Assembly (NCBI GenBank): GCA_963813045.1
Contig: CAWEXR010000032.1
Location: 21,994-85,993 of the forward strand
Length of the DNA stretch: 64,000 nucleotides
Direction: 5' to 3'
Source of the DNA: an uncultured Acidobacteriota bacterium
GTDB taxonomy: Bacteria > Acidobacteriota > Terriglobia > Acidiferrales > UBA7541
The notes under the pieces are model-generated. The model made no database searches and had not been told where the DNA came from. It saw only the letters and a list, made by a program, of their open reading frames with translations. Positions 1 through 9,761 of this stretch are shown one piece after another. The position numbers were made by a program, and so were the translations under genes. Numbering within the stretch: the first letter of the stretch is position 1; each line of letters begins with the position of its first letter.

Positions 1-1895
1 CCCGTCCCGGTGAATTCGGCCTCGTCCCAGGTGCCGTCGGCATTTTGATGCGAGACGAGCCATTCCACCGCGCGTTCGACTGCCGGGTCTTTGGCCGCCG
101 TCCGGCCATCGGCCGCAATCAAGCCAATCAGCCCCCACGCTGTCTGCGACGCAGTGCTCTTCCCCTTGGCTTTGAGCGCGGGGTCATAGTAGGACAGGAT
201 CGACTCGCCAAAGCCCCCGTCAGAATTCTGCACCGAGCGCAGCCAGTCCGCGGCGCGCCGGCAGTCGGGCAGCGACCCAAGTCCGACGGTTTCAAGCGCT
301 CGCAGCACACCGCTTGTTCCATACACGTAGTTCACGCCCCAGCGCCCAAACCAAGAGCCGTCAGTCGTCTGATCGTGGCGCAAGAACGCGCGGGCGCGCT
401 CGATCACCGGATGCGTTGCCGCCCATCCCATATGCCCCAGACATTCGACGGCCCGCGCGGTCACATCCGCGGTCGAAGGATCGAGCATCGCGTTGTGGTC
501 GGCAAATGGAATGTTGTTCAGGAACTGCAAATTGTTTTCGTGGTCGAACGCGCCCCAGCCTCCGTCGCCATTCTGCATGCTCAGGAGCCACGCGAGCCCG
601 CGGCGAACGGCAGCGCGCAAGCGCGCCGGCTCCGGATCCGCAACGCGGCTCAGCGCCATGAGGACGAACGCGGTGTCGTCCACGTCGGGATAAAAGTCAT
701 TGCGAAATTCGAACGCCCACCCGCCTGGCTCTGCGTTGCGATCTTTTATCTGCCAGTCACCCGGACCAAGAATCTGGTTGGCCACCAGCCACCGCGCCGC
801 AGCCAAAAGCGACGGATGCGCGGGGTCCAGCCCGGCTTCCTCGAGCGAAACCATGGCGATGGCCGTGTCCCAAAGCGGCGAAATGCAAGGTTGAACGCGT
901 AGCGTGTCGTTTTCCTCGATCTCGTAACGCGCGAGAAATCCAATTTCCCGCGCGAGGAGAGGATCGGCGGTGTCGCCGCACTCGGCCAGCAGTGCGAAAA
1001 TGGAGTTCATCATCGCGGGGTAAATCGTCCCCAGACCTTCGCTGCGCTCCAAGCGCTCGCACATCCACCTCCGCGCGCGCGCCAGCGCGGCCTTGCGGAA
1101 CGGCTTCCAGGGCAGGTTTTCGTAAAGCTTCAGGCTCCGGTCGAGCGCGAGAAAGAAGTTCTTCTTGGAAACCACGCGCTTATCCCACGCCAGCGACGGT
1201 GGAGTCGAGCCTGGACACTTGAAAAGCTCGCCGACCGTAATGCCCTCGGGCAAGCGCCATCCAGGCCTCCGCGCGTAGACAATCGCCAGCGGAATCACGA
1301 TTCCGCGCGTCCACGACGACATCTCGTACAGATTGACCGGAAACCAGCCGGGCAGCAGCATCAGCTCCGGAGGAATCGACGGCACAAGGCTCCAATCGAT
1401 CGCGCCCGCCATCGCGAGATAGAATCGCACATAGGAATTCGTGGATTCGAGGCCGCCGAGCTCGTGAATTCGCTTCTTGGCTCGCTCGAGATGCGGGGCT
1501 GCCGCGGATTCGCCCGCCAGGCGCAGCGCCACCCAAGCTTTGACGGTCGCGTTCAGCTCCGAGGGGCCTCCGTAAAAGATATTCCAGCCACCATCCGGGA
1601 GCTGGCGATCACGGATGTATTTCGCCAGTTTCGCGACTTTTTCGGACCTTAGCTCGCCGAGGATATGCAGGTAGAGGATGTAGTCGGATTCGAGCGTGGT
1701 ATCGGCTTCGAGCTCTGCCCACCAGTAGCCCGCCTGATCCTGCGTGGAGAGGAACCAGTTGACGCTTCGGCGGACAGCTTCTTCGACGCCCAATCCAGCG
1801 TCTCGCGTCGGGGCGGTCGCCGTCGCTTGCCCCGCCGGGCCGCTCGCGGCGTCCGCGCGCAGTCGCGCCTCCGGTGTCATCAGTCCCTCAGACAT
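1..1895 (-). CDS. shc: squalene-hopene cyclase (first ~631 codons; the 3' end runs off the left edge of the window)
   Basis: It is absent from the ORF track because it is open at the window edge. My reverse-strand translation from the ATG at 1895 reads MSEGLMTPEA..WWAELEADTTLESDYILYLH..PDGGWNIFYGG..DFYPDVDDTAFVLMAL (DxDDTA catalytic motif)..MQNGDGGWGAFD..TDGSWFGRWGVNYVYGTS..VQNSDGGFGES (repeated QW-type motifs). There is no stop down to base 1. Confidence 0.9.
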   Translation of the reverse strand, partial: MSEGLMTPEARLRADAASGPAGQATATAPTRDAGLGVEEAVRRSVNWFLSTQDQAGYWWAELEADTTLESDYILYLHILGELRSEKVAKLAKYIRDRQLPDGGWNIFYGGPSELNATVKAWVALRLAGESAAAPHLERAKKRIHELGGLESTNSYVRFYLAMAGAIDWSLVPSIPPELMLLPGWFPVNLYEMSSWTRGIVIPLAIVYARRPGWRLPEGITVGELFKCPGSTPPSLAWDKRVVSKKNFFLALDRSLKLYENLPWKPFRKAALARARRWMCERLERSEGLGTIYPAMMNSIFALLAECGDTADPLLAREIGFLARYEIEENDTLRVQPCISPLWDTAIAMVSLEEAGLDPAHPSLLAAARWLVANQILGPGDWQIKDRNAEPGGWAFEFRNDFYPDVDDTAFVLMALSRVADPEPARLRAAVRRGLAWLLSMQNGDGGWGAFDHENNLQFLNNIPFADHNAMLDPSTADVTARAVECLGHMGWAATHPVIERARAFLRHDQTTDGSWFGRWGVNYVYGTSGVLRALETVGLGSLPDCRRAADWLRSVQNSDGGFGESILSYYDPALKAKGKSTASQTAWGLIGLIAADGRTAAKDPAVERAVEWLVSHQNADGTWDEAEFTGT

Positions 1896-2019
1896 GCACT
1901 TTGCCCAGCCTCTGGCGGTCCCCGGGGAAACTCAACCTGACTACCAGTGAAAGTGTCCCTCGGACGGGGGTACAGCAAATGTCTCGGTAACACAAACAGT
2001 TACAGCCCGACCCCAGGCT

Positions 2020-2048
2020 ATTATCTTTTGTATCCGGCCGACCGTCAA
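2020..2048 (-). promoter_or_regulatory. candidate sigma70-type promoter for shc (TTGACG-17 nt-GATAAT on the minus strand)
   Basis: The plus strand reads attatc (2020-2025), a 17-nt spacer, then cgtcaa (2043-2048). This lies about 120 nt upstream of the shc start in a locally AT-richer stretch. Confidence 0.35.
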
Positions 2049-2174
2049 CCGAAAACACGTCACTTAGCGCCCTTCGAGCTATACCATGGGATGACGAAAA
2101 CCGCTGCCGTGCTGCCTCCTGTGGAAAAATCCTTTCGCCAAGCCAACGCTCTCTTGATGCCCGATGCGCGGCTA

Positions 2175-3194
2175 TCAGCGAACAGAAGACGAAAGTTCCA
2201 GTTTACGGAGACGCTCAGCCAACTCTGGCAGCCGCGCGAACCACGCGTACTGCTTCTTGAATCTGTCGAGCGGCCGCGCCGGCGTGCCCCACACGGTTTG
2301 TCCGCGACGGATCGTCTTGCCCGTCGGAATGCCGGCCTGCGCACCGGCGACGGCGCCATCCTCGAGAGTGCAGTGATCCGCGATCCCTACTTGCCCGCCG
2401 ACGACGACGTTCCTGCCGAGCGTGCTACTGCCTGAAACGCCGGTTTGCGCAGCCAGTATGGAATGCTCGCCGATGCGAACGTTGTGCGCGATCTGGACGA
2501 GATTGTCGATCTTCACGCCGTTGCCGATCTGGGTGGCTTCGAGCGACCCGCGGTCGATGGTCGCGTTCGAGCCGATCTCGACATCGTCGCCGATCTCGAC
2601 GCTTCCGACTTGAGGAAACTTCCAGTGGCGTCCCTCGCCGAAAACGTAGCCGAACCCGTCCCCGCCTACCACAACGCCCGCATGCACTTCGACGCGGTCG
2701 CCGAGCCGAGACCCCGAATAGAGTGTGACGCGCGGATGCAGACGGCAGCTCTCGCCGATGCGGGCGCCGCGGCCGAGAAAGCAGAACGCTTCGACGACCG
2801 TTCCGGCGCCGATTGCTACGTCGTCCTCAATCACCACATACGGACCGACCGAAACACCTGCTGCAAGCCTTGCGCTCGCCGGGACGATTGCGGTCGGATG
2901 CACCGCTCCCGGGCGGGGCGGTTCCTTTAGCATCCATGCGGCCGCTTTCGCGAACGCCAGCTTCGGGTCGTTCACGCCCAAAATCGTCTTCCCCTCGATA
3001 CGCACACCCGGATGAGCGACCACGCACCGGGCGAGCGAGGCGGTGAGGCGTGCCTGATGGCGCGGCGATTCGACGTAGATAAGATCCTCAGCGCGAGCGC
3101 GCTCGGGACTCGCGAGGCCCGAGACCGGCGCGGACGCATCTCCTTCGAGTTCAGCTCCCAGGTATTTTGCGAGTTCACCAGCCGTACAGATCAT
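2175..3194 (-). CDS. lpxD: UDP-3-O-acylglucosamine N-acyltransferase
   Basis: The 339-aa ORF has an N-terminus [13 protein letters not shown] typical of LpxD. A long left-handed beta-helix hexapeptide repeat region follows ([70 protein letters not shown]). Confidence 0.9.
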   Translation of the reverse strand: MICTAGELAKYLGAELEGDASAPVSGLASPERARAEDLIYVESPRHQARLTASLARCVVAHPGVRIEGKTILGVNDPKLAFAKAAAWMLKEPPRPGAVHPTAIVPASARLAAGVSVGPYVVIEDDVAIGAGTVVEAFCFLGRGARIGESCRLHPRVTLYSGSRLGDRVEVHAGVVVGGDGFGYVFGEGRHWKFPQVGSVEIGDDVEIGSNATIDRGSLEATQIGNGVKIDNLVQIAHNVRIGEHSILAAQTGVSGSSTLGRNVVVGGQVGIADHCTLEDGAVAGAQAGIPTGKTIRRGQTVWGTPARPLDRFKKQYAWFARLPELAERLRKLELSSSVR

Positions 3195-3274
3195 TGGTCG
3201 CCTCCCCTGTTTCGGAAATCACGAGCGGGCACGCTCTTCGCGTAGTCTCTCCGAATTCGAACCGACAACCCCCG

Positions 3275-4183
3275 CTAGAACGGATAAATCGATTTCTCAC
3301 CGGCCGGCCGGGTCTTCCATCGTTTGTGTACCCACAGCCACTGGTCCGGGTATGCGCGGATATAGTCTTCGATCACGGTGGTGAACCGCTGGGTGTTCTT
3401 CGCGACATCCGACTCTTCGTTTTCGCTGCGAACGAGCTCGACGGCCGGCTCGAAACGGAGGCGATACTTGCGCCGCGCTTCATCCCAGCACAGAAACCCG
3501 GGAACGACCGCCGCGTCCGTGTGCCGGGCGATTCGCGCGATCCCCGAGGTTGTCGAGGCCCGAACCCCGAAGAAGCCGGCGAACACGCCTTCCTCCAGCG
3601 TCGTGTTGTGGTCCGCAAGAATTCCCACCGTTCCCCCCGCGCCCAGCACTTTCAGGATGGAACGGGCGGACAGGTTCTTCTCGATCGGCTGGTTCCCCGA
3701 TCGGCAGCGGTAGGCGTTGATCAGCGCGTCCACCCGGGGATTCGCGACCGGACGAACGAGAAAGTGCAGCGGGTAGCCATACAGCGCATGCGCGAACGGA
3801 GCAAGCTCCCACGCGCTCATGTGACCCGTGAGAAACAGCACGCCCTTTCCACGTTGCCGCGCCGCGTCGAAGTTTTCAAAGCCGTCGAACACGACGACGC
3901 GCTCGATATTCTCACGCGTATATTTCGGGAACTGCGAAAATTCGCCCGCCATCCAGCCGACCTGCCGAATCATGCCCCGGATCACCTGCTTGCGCTTTGC
4001 GTCCGTCCAGTCTGGGAACGCGAGCCTCAGATTGAACATCGCGGTGCGACGGAGCGGCGCTCGGACCGCAAGGGCCGCCGCGACAAAGCAGACTCCCACC
4101 CACCGCGCCGCCGGCCTCGGCAAAAGTCCAAGAGATTTCAGTCCAACCCATGCCGTGGCGTATTCGACCCATTCCCGCATCAC
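3275..4183 (-). CDS. lipid A biosynthesis late acyltransferase (LpxL/HtrB/MsbB family)
   Basis: The 302-aa ORF has an N-terminal membrane anchor. It carries the family-typical core LTGHMSAWE (HX4E-like) and ILADHN, and a C-terminus YPDQWLWVHKRWK. Confidence 0.8.
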   Translation of the reverse strand: MMREWVEYATAWVGLKSLGLLPRPAARWVGVCFVAAALAVRAPLRRTAMFNLRLAFPDWTDAKRKQVIRGMIRQVGWMAGEFSQFPKYTRENIERVVVFDGFENFDAARQRGKGVLFLTGHMSAWELAPFAHALYGYPLHFLVRPVANPRVDALINAYRCRSGNQPIEKNLSARSILKVLGAGGTVGILADHNTTLEEGVFAGFFGVRASTTSGIARIARHTDAAVVPGFLCWDEARRKYRLRFEPAVELVRSENEESDVAKNTQRFTTVIEDYIRAYPDQWLWVHKRWKTRPAGEKSIYPF

Positions 4184-4291
4184 GAGTCATTATGCGGGAG
4201 CCGCGACGCCCGGCGCCAGAGTCGAGTAGCGATCTCCGTGGGATGCGCGTGCGTTCCAAGGTACTCACGGCAGTGCTAGACTCGTCCGGCT

Positions 4292-5971
4292 TTGAGCGAG
4301 AACTCGCATGGACGACCTGGACTTCCGCGCGGCGCAGCGCTGGCTCTCTTGGCGTTGACCGTCTTCGTATGCTTGTTCGCGCATTTAGGCGCCATCGGCT
4401 TAGTGGGTCCCGACGAGCCGCGTTACGCCTGGATCGCTCGGGCGATGGCGGAGACCGGCGACTGGGTGACGCCGCGGCTCTACGGACAGCCGTGGTTCGA
4501 AAAGCCGATTCTCTACTATTGGGCCGCGGCTCTGGGCTTTCGGCTGCATCTGTCGGCTGAGTGGGCCGCACGATTGCCGTCTGCCATCTCCGCGCTCGCG
4601 GCGGCCTTCGCCATCGGATGGCTCGGATGGAAGCACTACGGCAACGATACCCGCATCGAGCGAAGTCCCGCGGTGCTCGCACCGTTATTGTTCTCATCGA
4701 GCGTCGCGGCGATCGGCTTCGCTCGCGCCGGCACTCCGGACATGCTGTTCGCCGCCTCCCTGACGCTCGCCATGGCGAGCGCTGCCGACGTGCTTCGTGG
4801 CGCCCATGCATTGCGCGCTGCCGCCACTCCCGTGGAGGCTCACCGCACGGACTCGCTCGGCTTGTTTTTGTTTGGCGGATTTCTCGGCCTGGCGGTTTTA
4901 GCAAAAGGACCAGCAGCAATCGTTCTGGCCGGTGGGGCGCTCATGCTCTGGGCATCTGCGACACGGCAGTGGCGCGCGGCTTTACGATTAGCCCATCCGC
5001 TTGCAGTCGTCGCTTTCTGCATTGTAGCGTTCCCGTGGTACATCGCTTGTGCTCTCCGCAACCCAGACTTTCTCCGAATCTTCATTTTTCAGCACAATTT
5101 CGAACGATATCTGACTCCGCTATTCCAGCATCGCCAGCCGTTCTGGTTTTTCGGCCCGATCGTTCTCCTCGCGCTGTTACCCTGGACCGTCCTGCTGTGG
5201 CCGGCAGCACGGGAAGGGCTTCGCTTATGGCGCGAGCGCTCGTGGGCCAACTCACCGGGATTCTTTCTTGCGTGCTGGGCTGTTGTACCGGTTCTGTTCT
5301 TCAGCTTTTCGCAGTCCAAATTGCCCGGCTACATCCTGCCCGCGATTCCTCCCCTGATGCTTTTGTGCTCGCTCGGAATCGCCCGAGCGATAGAAGGCAG
5401 CCGCGCAGCCGTCAAGCCGATCGCGGCCGCGCTCGGCTTGACGTGGCTTGGCCTTGCGATCGCCGCGCTGGGTTGGGCCCATCGAGTACCCTGGGCGAAC
5501 TATCGTTCCGACTTCACTCCGCGGCTTGTTTCGGACGTCGGCTACGCCGTGCTGCTTCTCGCTGCGTTGGTCGCGCTGCTCGTCATTGCGGCGGGTTTCT
5601 ACCGAAGACCGAGCTACGTAATCGCGTTTTGCGCGCTTTCCGTGGCCGCGAGTGTCGAGGTAGCCAGTTGGAGCGTCCTGCCAATACTGGACAGGTTCGA
5701 GTCGGCTAGGCCCCACGCCCAATTCATGCAAAACGATCAGCGACAGGACCGCATCTTTACTTACCATCTACGCCGTGGCTGGGATTACGGCCTGGCGTTC
5801 TATTTTCACCGGGAGCTTCCGGAATGGTCGCCGTCCGACCCGGACGCGGCTCTCGTCCTGACCACACCCGCCGGACTCGGGGAAATCCAGAAACTTGGCA
5901 GGTTCCAAGGCACGCTCGATGAGCCATACGTGGGTGTCCTCTACGTGCCGATCAATCGGGAACCGCGCTAG
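4292..5971 (+). CDS. GT39/ArnT-like membrane glycosyltransferase (undecaprenyl-phosphate-sugar dependent family)
   Basis: The 559-aa polytopic ORF has a TTG start. Its N-terminal motif GPDEPRYAWIARAMAETGDWVTPRLYGQPWFEKPILYYW is typical of the ArnT/PMT_2 family. It is divergent from the lipid A acyltransferase gene. Confidence 0.75.
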   Translation: MSENSHGRPGLPRGAALALLALTVFVCLFAHLGAIGLVGPDEPRYAWIARAMAETGDWVTPRLYGQPWFEKPILYYWAAALGFRLHLSAEWAARLPSAISALAAAFAIGWLGWKHYGNDTRIERSPAVLAPLLFSSSVAAIGFARAGTPDMLFAASLTLAMASAADVLRGAHALRAAATPVEAHRTDSLGLFLFGGFLGLAVLAKGPAAIVLAGGALMLWASATRQWRAALRLAHPLAVVAFCIVAFPWYIACALRNPDFLRIFIFQHNFERYLTPLFQHRQPFWFFGPIVLLALLPWTVLLWPAAREGLRLWRERSWANSPGFFLACWAVVPVLFFSFSQSKLPGYILPAIPPLMLLCSLGIARAIEGSRAAVKPIAAALGLTWLGLAIAALGWAHRVPWANYRSDFTPRLVSDVGYAVLLLAALVALLVIAAGFYRRPSYVIAFCALSVAASVEVASWSVLPILDRFESARPHAQFMQNDQRQDRIFTYHLRRGWDYGLAFYFHRELPEWSPSDPDAALVLTTPAGLGEIQKLGRFQGTLDEPYVGVLYVPINREPR

Positions 5972-6951
5972 CGGCGCGAGGTCGGGGGAATATTCTGCAA
6001 GAAGAAATTTACGATCTGACTTTCGTAACTTCTGCGGTCGTCATCCGACATGTCGCGGTATGTCAGCCGATCGCGCACCATCTGCTTCGGATCGGGCGCC
6101 TTGATGAAGAGCTCCAGCGTTTCATTTGCGAGCGCGGGACGATCATCCGTCACGATGAACAGCTTGGGAATTCCCTTGGTTGCGGCGAGACGCGTCGAGA
6201 CGGGCGGCTCGTGCCGAAAGGGGTAGTTGAGCATCCGAAATCCGAAATCGGAAAAACGCAGGACGTAAGGTAACACCTGAAGTCCCGATTTTCTGGCCTC
6301 AATCTGCAACATGTCACGGGGATCGTCGTAGGCATCGTCTACGGCGAAGGCCGCGATCCGTGGATCGCTCGCCGCCACTTCGAGTACGGCGTATCCGCCC
6401 ATGTCCGTGCCCCAGAGCCCGAAATGCTGTGGGTCCACGTCATCGCGCTCGGCTAACGACTGGAGCGCCGAGCGAAGTTCGGCGGTCTCCCGGTATCCGA
6501 GCGTTGTGACACCGGGGCTCGTGCCGTGCCCCGTGAAATCGAACAGGAAAACATTGAATTGATGTTCCTGTAGCGCCGTGACGAGTGTCAGCACGTCGCC
6601 GCCCTGTCCCGCATATCCGTGGCAAACGATCACGGTGGGCGCCCCGCGCAAACCCGGAAAGAACGGGCCATCCCGTTTCGCACCCCCGGGGATGGAAAAT
6701 GAAAACGTTGTCGGGTGACCCATCATGACGTTCAGGTCGAACGTAACCGGATTCCGCACGGGATGCAGAATCTGATACAGAAGGAACCCGGACACGGTCG
6801 AGATCGACACCAGGGCGAAGAGAAGCAGCGCCAGAAATCCGGAGAAAATCTTGGCGAGACGGCTTGTGGGATAGCGCAACTCGGAGACGATGGCCATCCA
6901 ATGGTCGCAGGCGCTCGGGGCAACACGCGCCGACGGGTCGAATGTTAGCAC
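5968..6951 (-). CDS. membrane-anchored alpha/beta-hydrolase-fold protein with a non-canonical active site
   Basis: The 327-aa ORF has one N-terminal TM helix. It has the oxyanion region VIVCHGY and a nucleophile elbow reading GLWGTDMGG (Asp where Ser is expected). The start could instead be the Met at 6897. Confidence 0.7.
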   Translation of the reverse strand: MLTFDPSARVAPSACDHWMAIVSELRYPTSRLAKIFSGFLALLLFALVSISTVSGFLLYQILHPVRNPVTFDLNVMMGHPTTFSFSIPGGAKRDGPFFPGLRGAPTVIVCHGYAGQGGDVLTLVTALQEHQFNVFLFDFTGHGTSPGVTTLGYRETAELRSALQSLAERDDVDPQHFGLWGTDMGGYAVLEVAASDPRIAAFAVDDAYDDPRDMLQIEARKSGLQVLPYVLRFSDFGFRMLNYPFRHEPPVSTRLAATKGIPKLFIVTDDRPALANETLELFIKAPDPKQMVRDRLTYRDMSDDDRRSYESQIVNFFLQNIPPTSRR

Positions 6952-7031
6952 ACTTCTTTCGCACTCGATTTAACGCACTTGACCTTCCGATCATAAGCGC
7001 CAGTTGGGTTCCCGACCCCGGCACAGCTATA

Positions 7032-7991
7032 ATGGCCTGGGAACGGCCTTCGGATCCCATGCAGATCGTCGACCTTCGAACGCTATATTCGCGGTCTCTG
7101 GAGAACCTCTTCCGGGAAGAAACCCGGCACTGGCGGGAAGAATTACGCTGGGACTATCGTGCCTCGATCGATCTCATCCGGAAATTCATCGATTCACGCG
7201 CGCTGGGCGGGTTTGCCGCGGTTGAGGACAGCCGGCCGACCGGCTACGGATTTTATGTCCTTGAGGACCACAAGGGACTGATCGGCGGGCTGTTCGTATC
7301 CCCGCAATGCGCGCAGGGGCAAACCACGCAGGCGCTGCTCACCGAAATGTTGTGTGCGCTCCGGGCCACGCCGCGACTGGAGCGTATCGAGGCACAGTTG
7401 ATGCCTTTCGGCAGTGAACTGGACCCTGCCTTCCTTTCGCAGCATTTCCTACTGCACACTCGGCAATTCATGCTTCTGTCATTGGCCGAAGCGAATCTCC
7501 GCAGCAAGCCGCTCTCGTCCGGATTGCGGATCGAGCCATGGAGTGACCGCGCCTTCGAGCAAGCCGCGCAACTTATCCAGCTCTCCTATGCAGACCACGT
7601 CGATGGCCGGATCAACGACCAGTACCGCAGCGAGGCGGGCAGCTTGAAGTTTCTCCGCAATATCGTCCTGCTGCCCGGATGCGGCCAGTTTTTGCCGGAG
7701 GGTTCGTTTCTGGTACGCCCGGCGACGGGCGATCGGCCCGTGGGCATGATTCTCACATCGACGGTGGCCGAAGGCGTGGGGCACACGACGCAGGTCTGTG
7801 TGATGCCCGGTTACCAGGGACACGGCATCGGCCGGCAGTTGATGGAGCAGTCGATCCAAGCGCTACGCAGGCGCCACTACGAATCGCTTTCGCTGACAGT
7901 GACAGCCACCAACGAGCGCGCGGTCCAACTCTACGAACACCTCGGCTTTCGCACGGTGAAGACGTTTGCGGCCGGGGTCTGGCAGGCGTGA
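7032..7991 (+). CDS. GNAT-family N-acetyltransferase (two-lobed)
   Basis: The C-terminal acetyl-CoA motif is VCVMPGYQGHGIGRQLMEQSI..NERAVQLYEHLGF. I placed the start at the internal ATG (residue 57 of ORF 6864..7991) because the upstream extension is Arg-rich and overlaps the neighbouring gene. Confidence 0.75.
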   Translation: MAWERPSDPMQIVDLRTLYSRSLENLFREETRHWREELRWDYRASIDLIRKFIDSRALGGFAAVEDSRPTGYGFYVLEDHKGLIGGLFVSPQCAQGQTTQALLTEMLCALRATPRLERIEAQLMPFGSELDPAFLSQHFLLHTRQFMLLSLAEANLRSKPLSSGLRIEPWSDRAFEQAAQLIQLSYADHVDGRINDQYRSEAGSLKFLRNIVLLPGCGQFLPEGSFLVRPATGDRPVGMILTSTVAEGVGHTTQVCVMPGYQGHGIGRQLMEQSIQALRRRHYESLSLTVTATNERAVQLYEHLGFRTVKTFAAGVWQA

Positions 7992-8000
7992 GCGAGGGAG

Positions 8001-8465
8001 TTACTTCCTGGCGCGGTCTTTGAGCAGACCCTTCAGTTCATCCATGAATTCCTTCACATCCTTGAAATCGAGATAGACGGAAGCGAAGCGGACGTAAGCG
8101 ACCTTGTCCAGCTTCTTCAGGCGCGACATGAGCAGTCCGCCGATCTCCGTCGTCGTGCGCTCGCGCTCGGCGGCCTCGCTGACAAAGGCCTCGGCCTCAT
8201 CGACGATCGATTCGAGCTTGCTCACGGGAACGGGCCGCTTCTCGCACGCCTTCAGGAGCCCCTGCAGAATCTTCTGGCGGTCAAATTTCTCGCGCCGGCC
8301 GTCCTTCTTGATCACCATGTAGGGAATTTCGTCGATGCGTTCGTAGGTCGTGAATCGCCGCTCGCATTTCAGGCATTCGCGGCGTCGGCGAATCAAATCG
8401 CCGGTGCGGGCCTCGCGCGAGTCGATCACCTTGTCGTCCAGATGCGCGCAAAAAGGACACCTCAC
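8001..8465 (-). CDS. nrdR: transcriptional repressor NrdR
   Basis: The 154-aa ORF has an N-terminal zinc ribbon MRCPFC..CLKCERRFTTYE followed by an ATP-cone (KKDGRREKFDRQKI..VAYVRFASVY). Confidence 0.95.
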   Translation of the reverse strand: MRCPFCAHLDDKVIDSREARTGDLIRRRRECLKCERRFTTYERIDEIPYMVIKKDGRREKFDRQKILQGLLKACEKRPVPVSKLESIVDEAEAFVSEAAERERTTTEIGGLLMSRLKKLDKVAYVRFASVYLDFKDVKEFMDELKGLLKDRARK

Positions 8466-9598
8466 CGGGCCTTCTCCTTCGATTCGACCGGCGACCGGCT
8501 GGCCGACTCCGACGCATGCTCGGCTTCCGCAAGCAGCTCGGCTTCACCAGCCTGTTCCTCGGCCCGCGCCATCTTTCGCAGTTCGCCCATCGACCAGCCT
8601 TCCCGGAACAACAACGGCAGACCGGCAAGAGAGCAAGATGCAAACGCGACCAGCCACAGAACCACGGAGGCTGTCGCCGCCGGCTCCTTTTCTACTCCAA
8701 AGATCAGAGTGAACACAAGGAAGGTGGCCAATTGCGCTCCTCCGCCCACACCTGGGAGCTGGACGGCGGAGCCGACCAGCGTGAACGCGAGTACGAGAAT
8801 GATGCCGCCGAAGCTAATTTGCCCCAATTGGCCGGGAAAAGCGTGCGTCACCCAAAGGTACACCAGGGCTACGAGCAGCCAGTGCACCGCCGTATAACCC
8901 GCGAGCGCGCCGAGATCTCCCCATGTGCGAATTCCCTGCAATCCCTCGATGAACCCCTCGAGCAGGAGTACGACTTTGCCTCGCCAGCCATGGCGCCACT
9001 TGCTCTCGTTGAGCTTCCGGGCCAGCCAGGCGGCGCCGTGGTAGCGAAAATAGACCAGAAACGCGATCACAGCGACCAGCGCGACCAACAGCAGGGCTCC
9101 CGCCGAGCGTGCAATTCTTATCAGCGAACTGTTTGCCGCGCTGGCCAGGGACCGGTGCTCAAGAAGCAGAAGCGCGCAACCCGCCAGCACCACGGTGGCG
9201 GCCGCGTCTGAAATCCGCTCGAGAACGTAGACGCCGAACATCCCCGGCATGGAAAGCGAGTTCTTCCGGGCGATGAGCACGGGGCGGATCGGTTCTCCAG
9301 CCCGGCCGAGGAGGAAAACGCAGGCGAAGCCCATTAACGTCGCGCTGTAGACGTTTGAGAAACGCGTGGGACCCAGCCAACGGCAAAACCGCATCCAGCG
9401 AAGCGCGCGAAGCGCAAAGCAAACGTATATGGCCGCGATTCCGAGCAGCAGGAGAGAAAGCCGCGCGTGGCGAAGCGATTGGGCCACCATCCCCCAACGG
9501 AATCCCTCCAGTGTGATGGCGTTCCGAAACCTATAAAAGAAATAACCGAGAGCCAGCAGGGCGAGCAGGAGCAGCAGGTACCGTCGCGACTTTTTCAT
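8462..9598 (-). CDS. flippase-like / lysylphosphatidylglycerol-synthase TM-region family membrane protein (UPF0104-like)
   Basis: I placed the start at MKKSRRYLLLLLALLALGYFF (residue 150 of ORF 8462..10045). The protein has about 8 TM helices and an acidic C-terminal tail. Its stop overlaps the nrdR start by 4 nt. Confidence 0.6.
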   Translation of the reverse strand: MKKSRRYLLLLLALLALGYFFYRFRNAITLEGFRWGMVAQSLRHARLSLLLLGIAAIYVCFALRALRWMRFCRWLGPTRFSNVYSATLMGFACVFLLGRAGEPIRPVLIARKNSLSMPGMFGVYVLERISDAAATVVLAGCALLLLEHRSLASAANSSLIRIARSAGALLLVALVAVIAFLVYFRYHGAAWLARKLNESKWRHGWRGKVVLLLEGFIEGLQGIRTWGDLGALAGYTAVHWLLVALVYLWVTHAFPGQLGQISFGGIILVLAFTLVGSAVQLPGVGGGAQLATFLVFTLIFGVEKEPAATASVVLWLVAFASCSLAGLPLLFREGWSMGELRKMARAEEQAGEAELLAEAEHASESASRSPVESKEKAR

Positions 9599-9761
9599 CG
9601 TCCGGCTTGCACCGTAGCAGTAAGTTTCCGAGAGTGTCAAGGACGAGGTGCCGCCTGCGTTGCGATGAGTGACGAAGAGCGCTCGAAAGGAGGCGGCGCG
9701 CTTTAAACGGCCAGGCTTTCGTGGTATTGTCTGGCCCGTTTTCGCAGGAAAGGGGACCAAC

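Noticed and set aside
45-1950. Several plus-strand ORFs (45..902, 314..661, 992..1222 and others) overlap the left end of the window.
   Set aside because: They are Arg/Ala/Gly/Pro-rich shadow ORFs antisense to the clearly recognisable shc reading frame.
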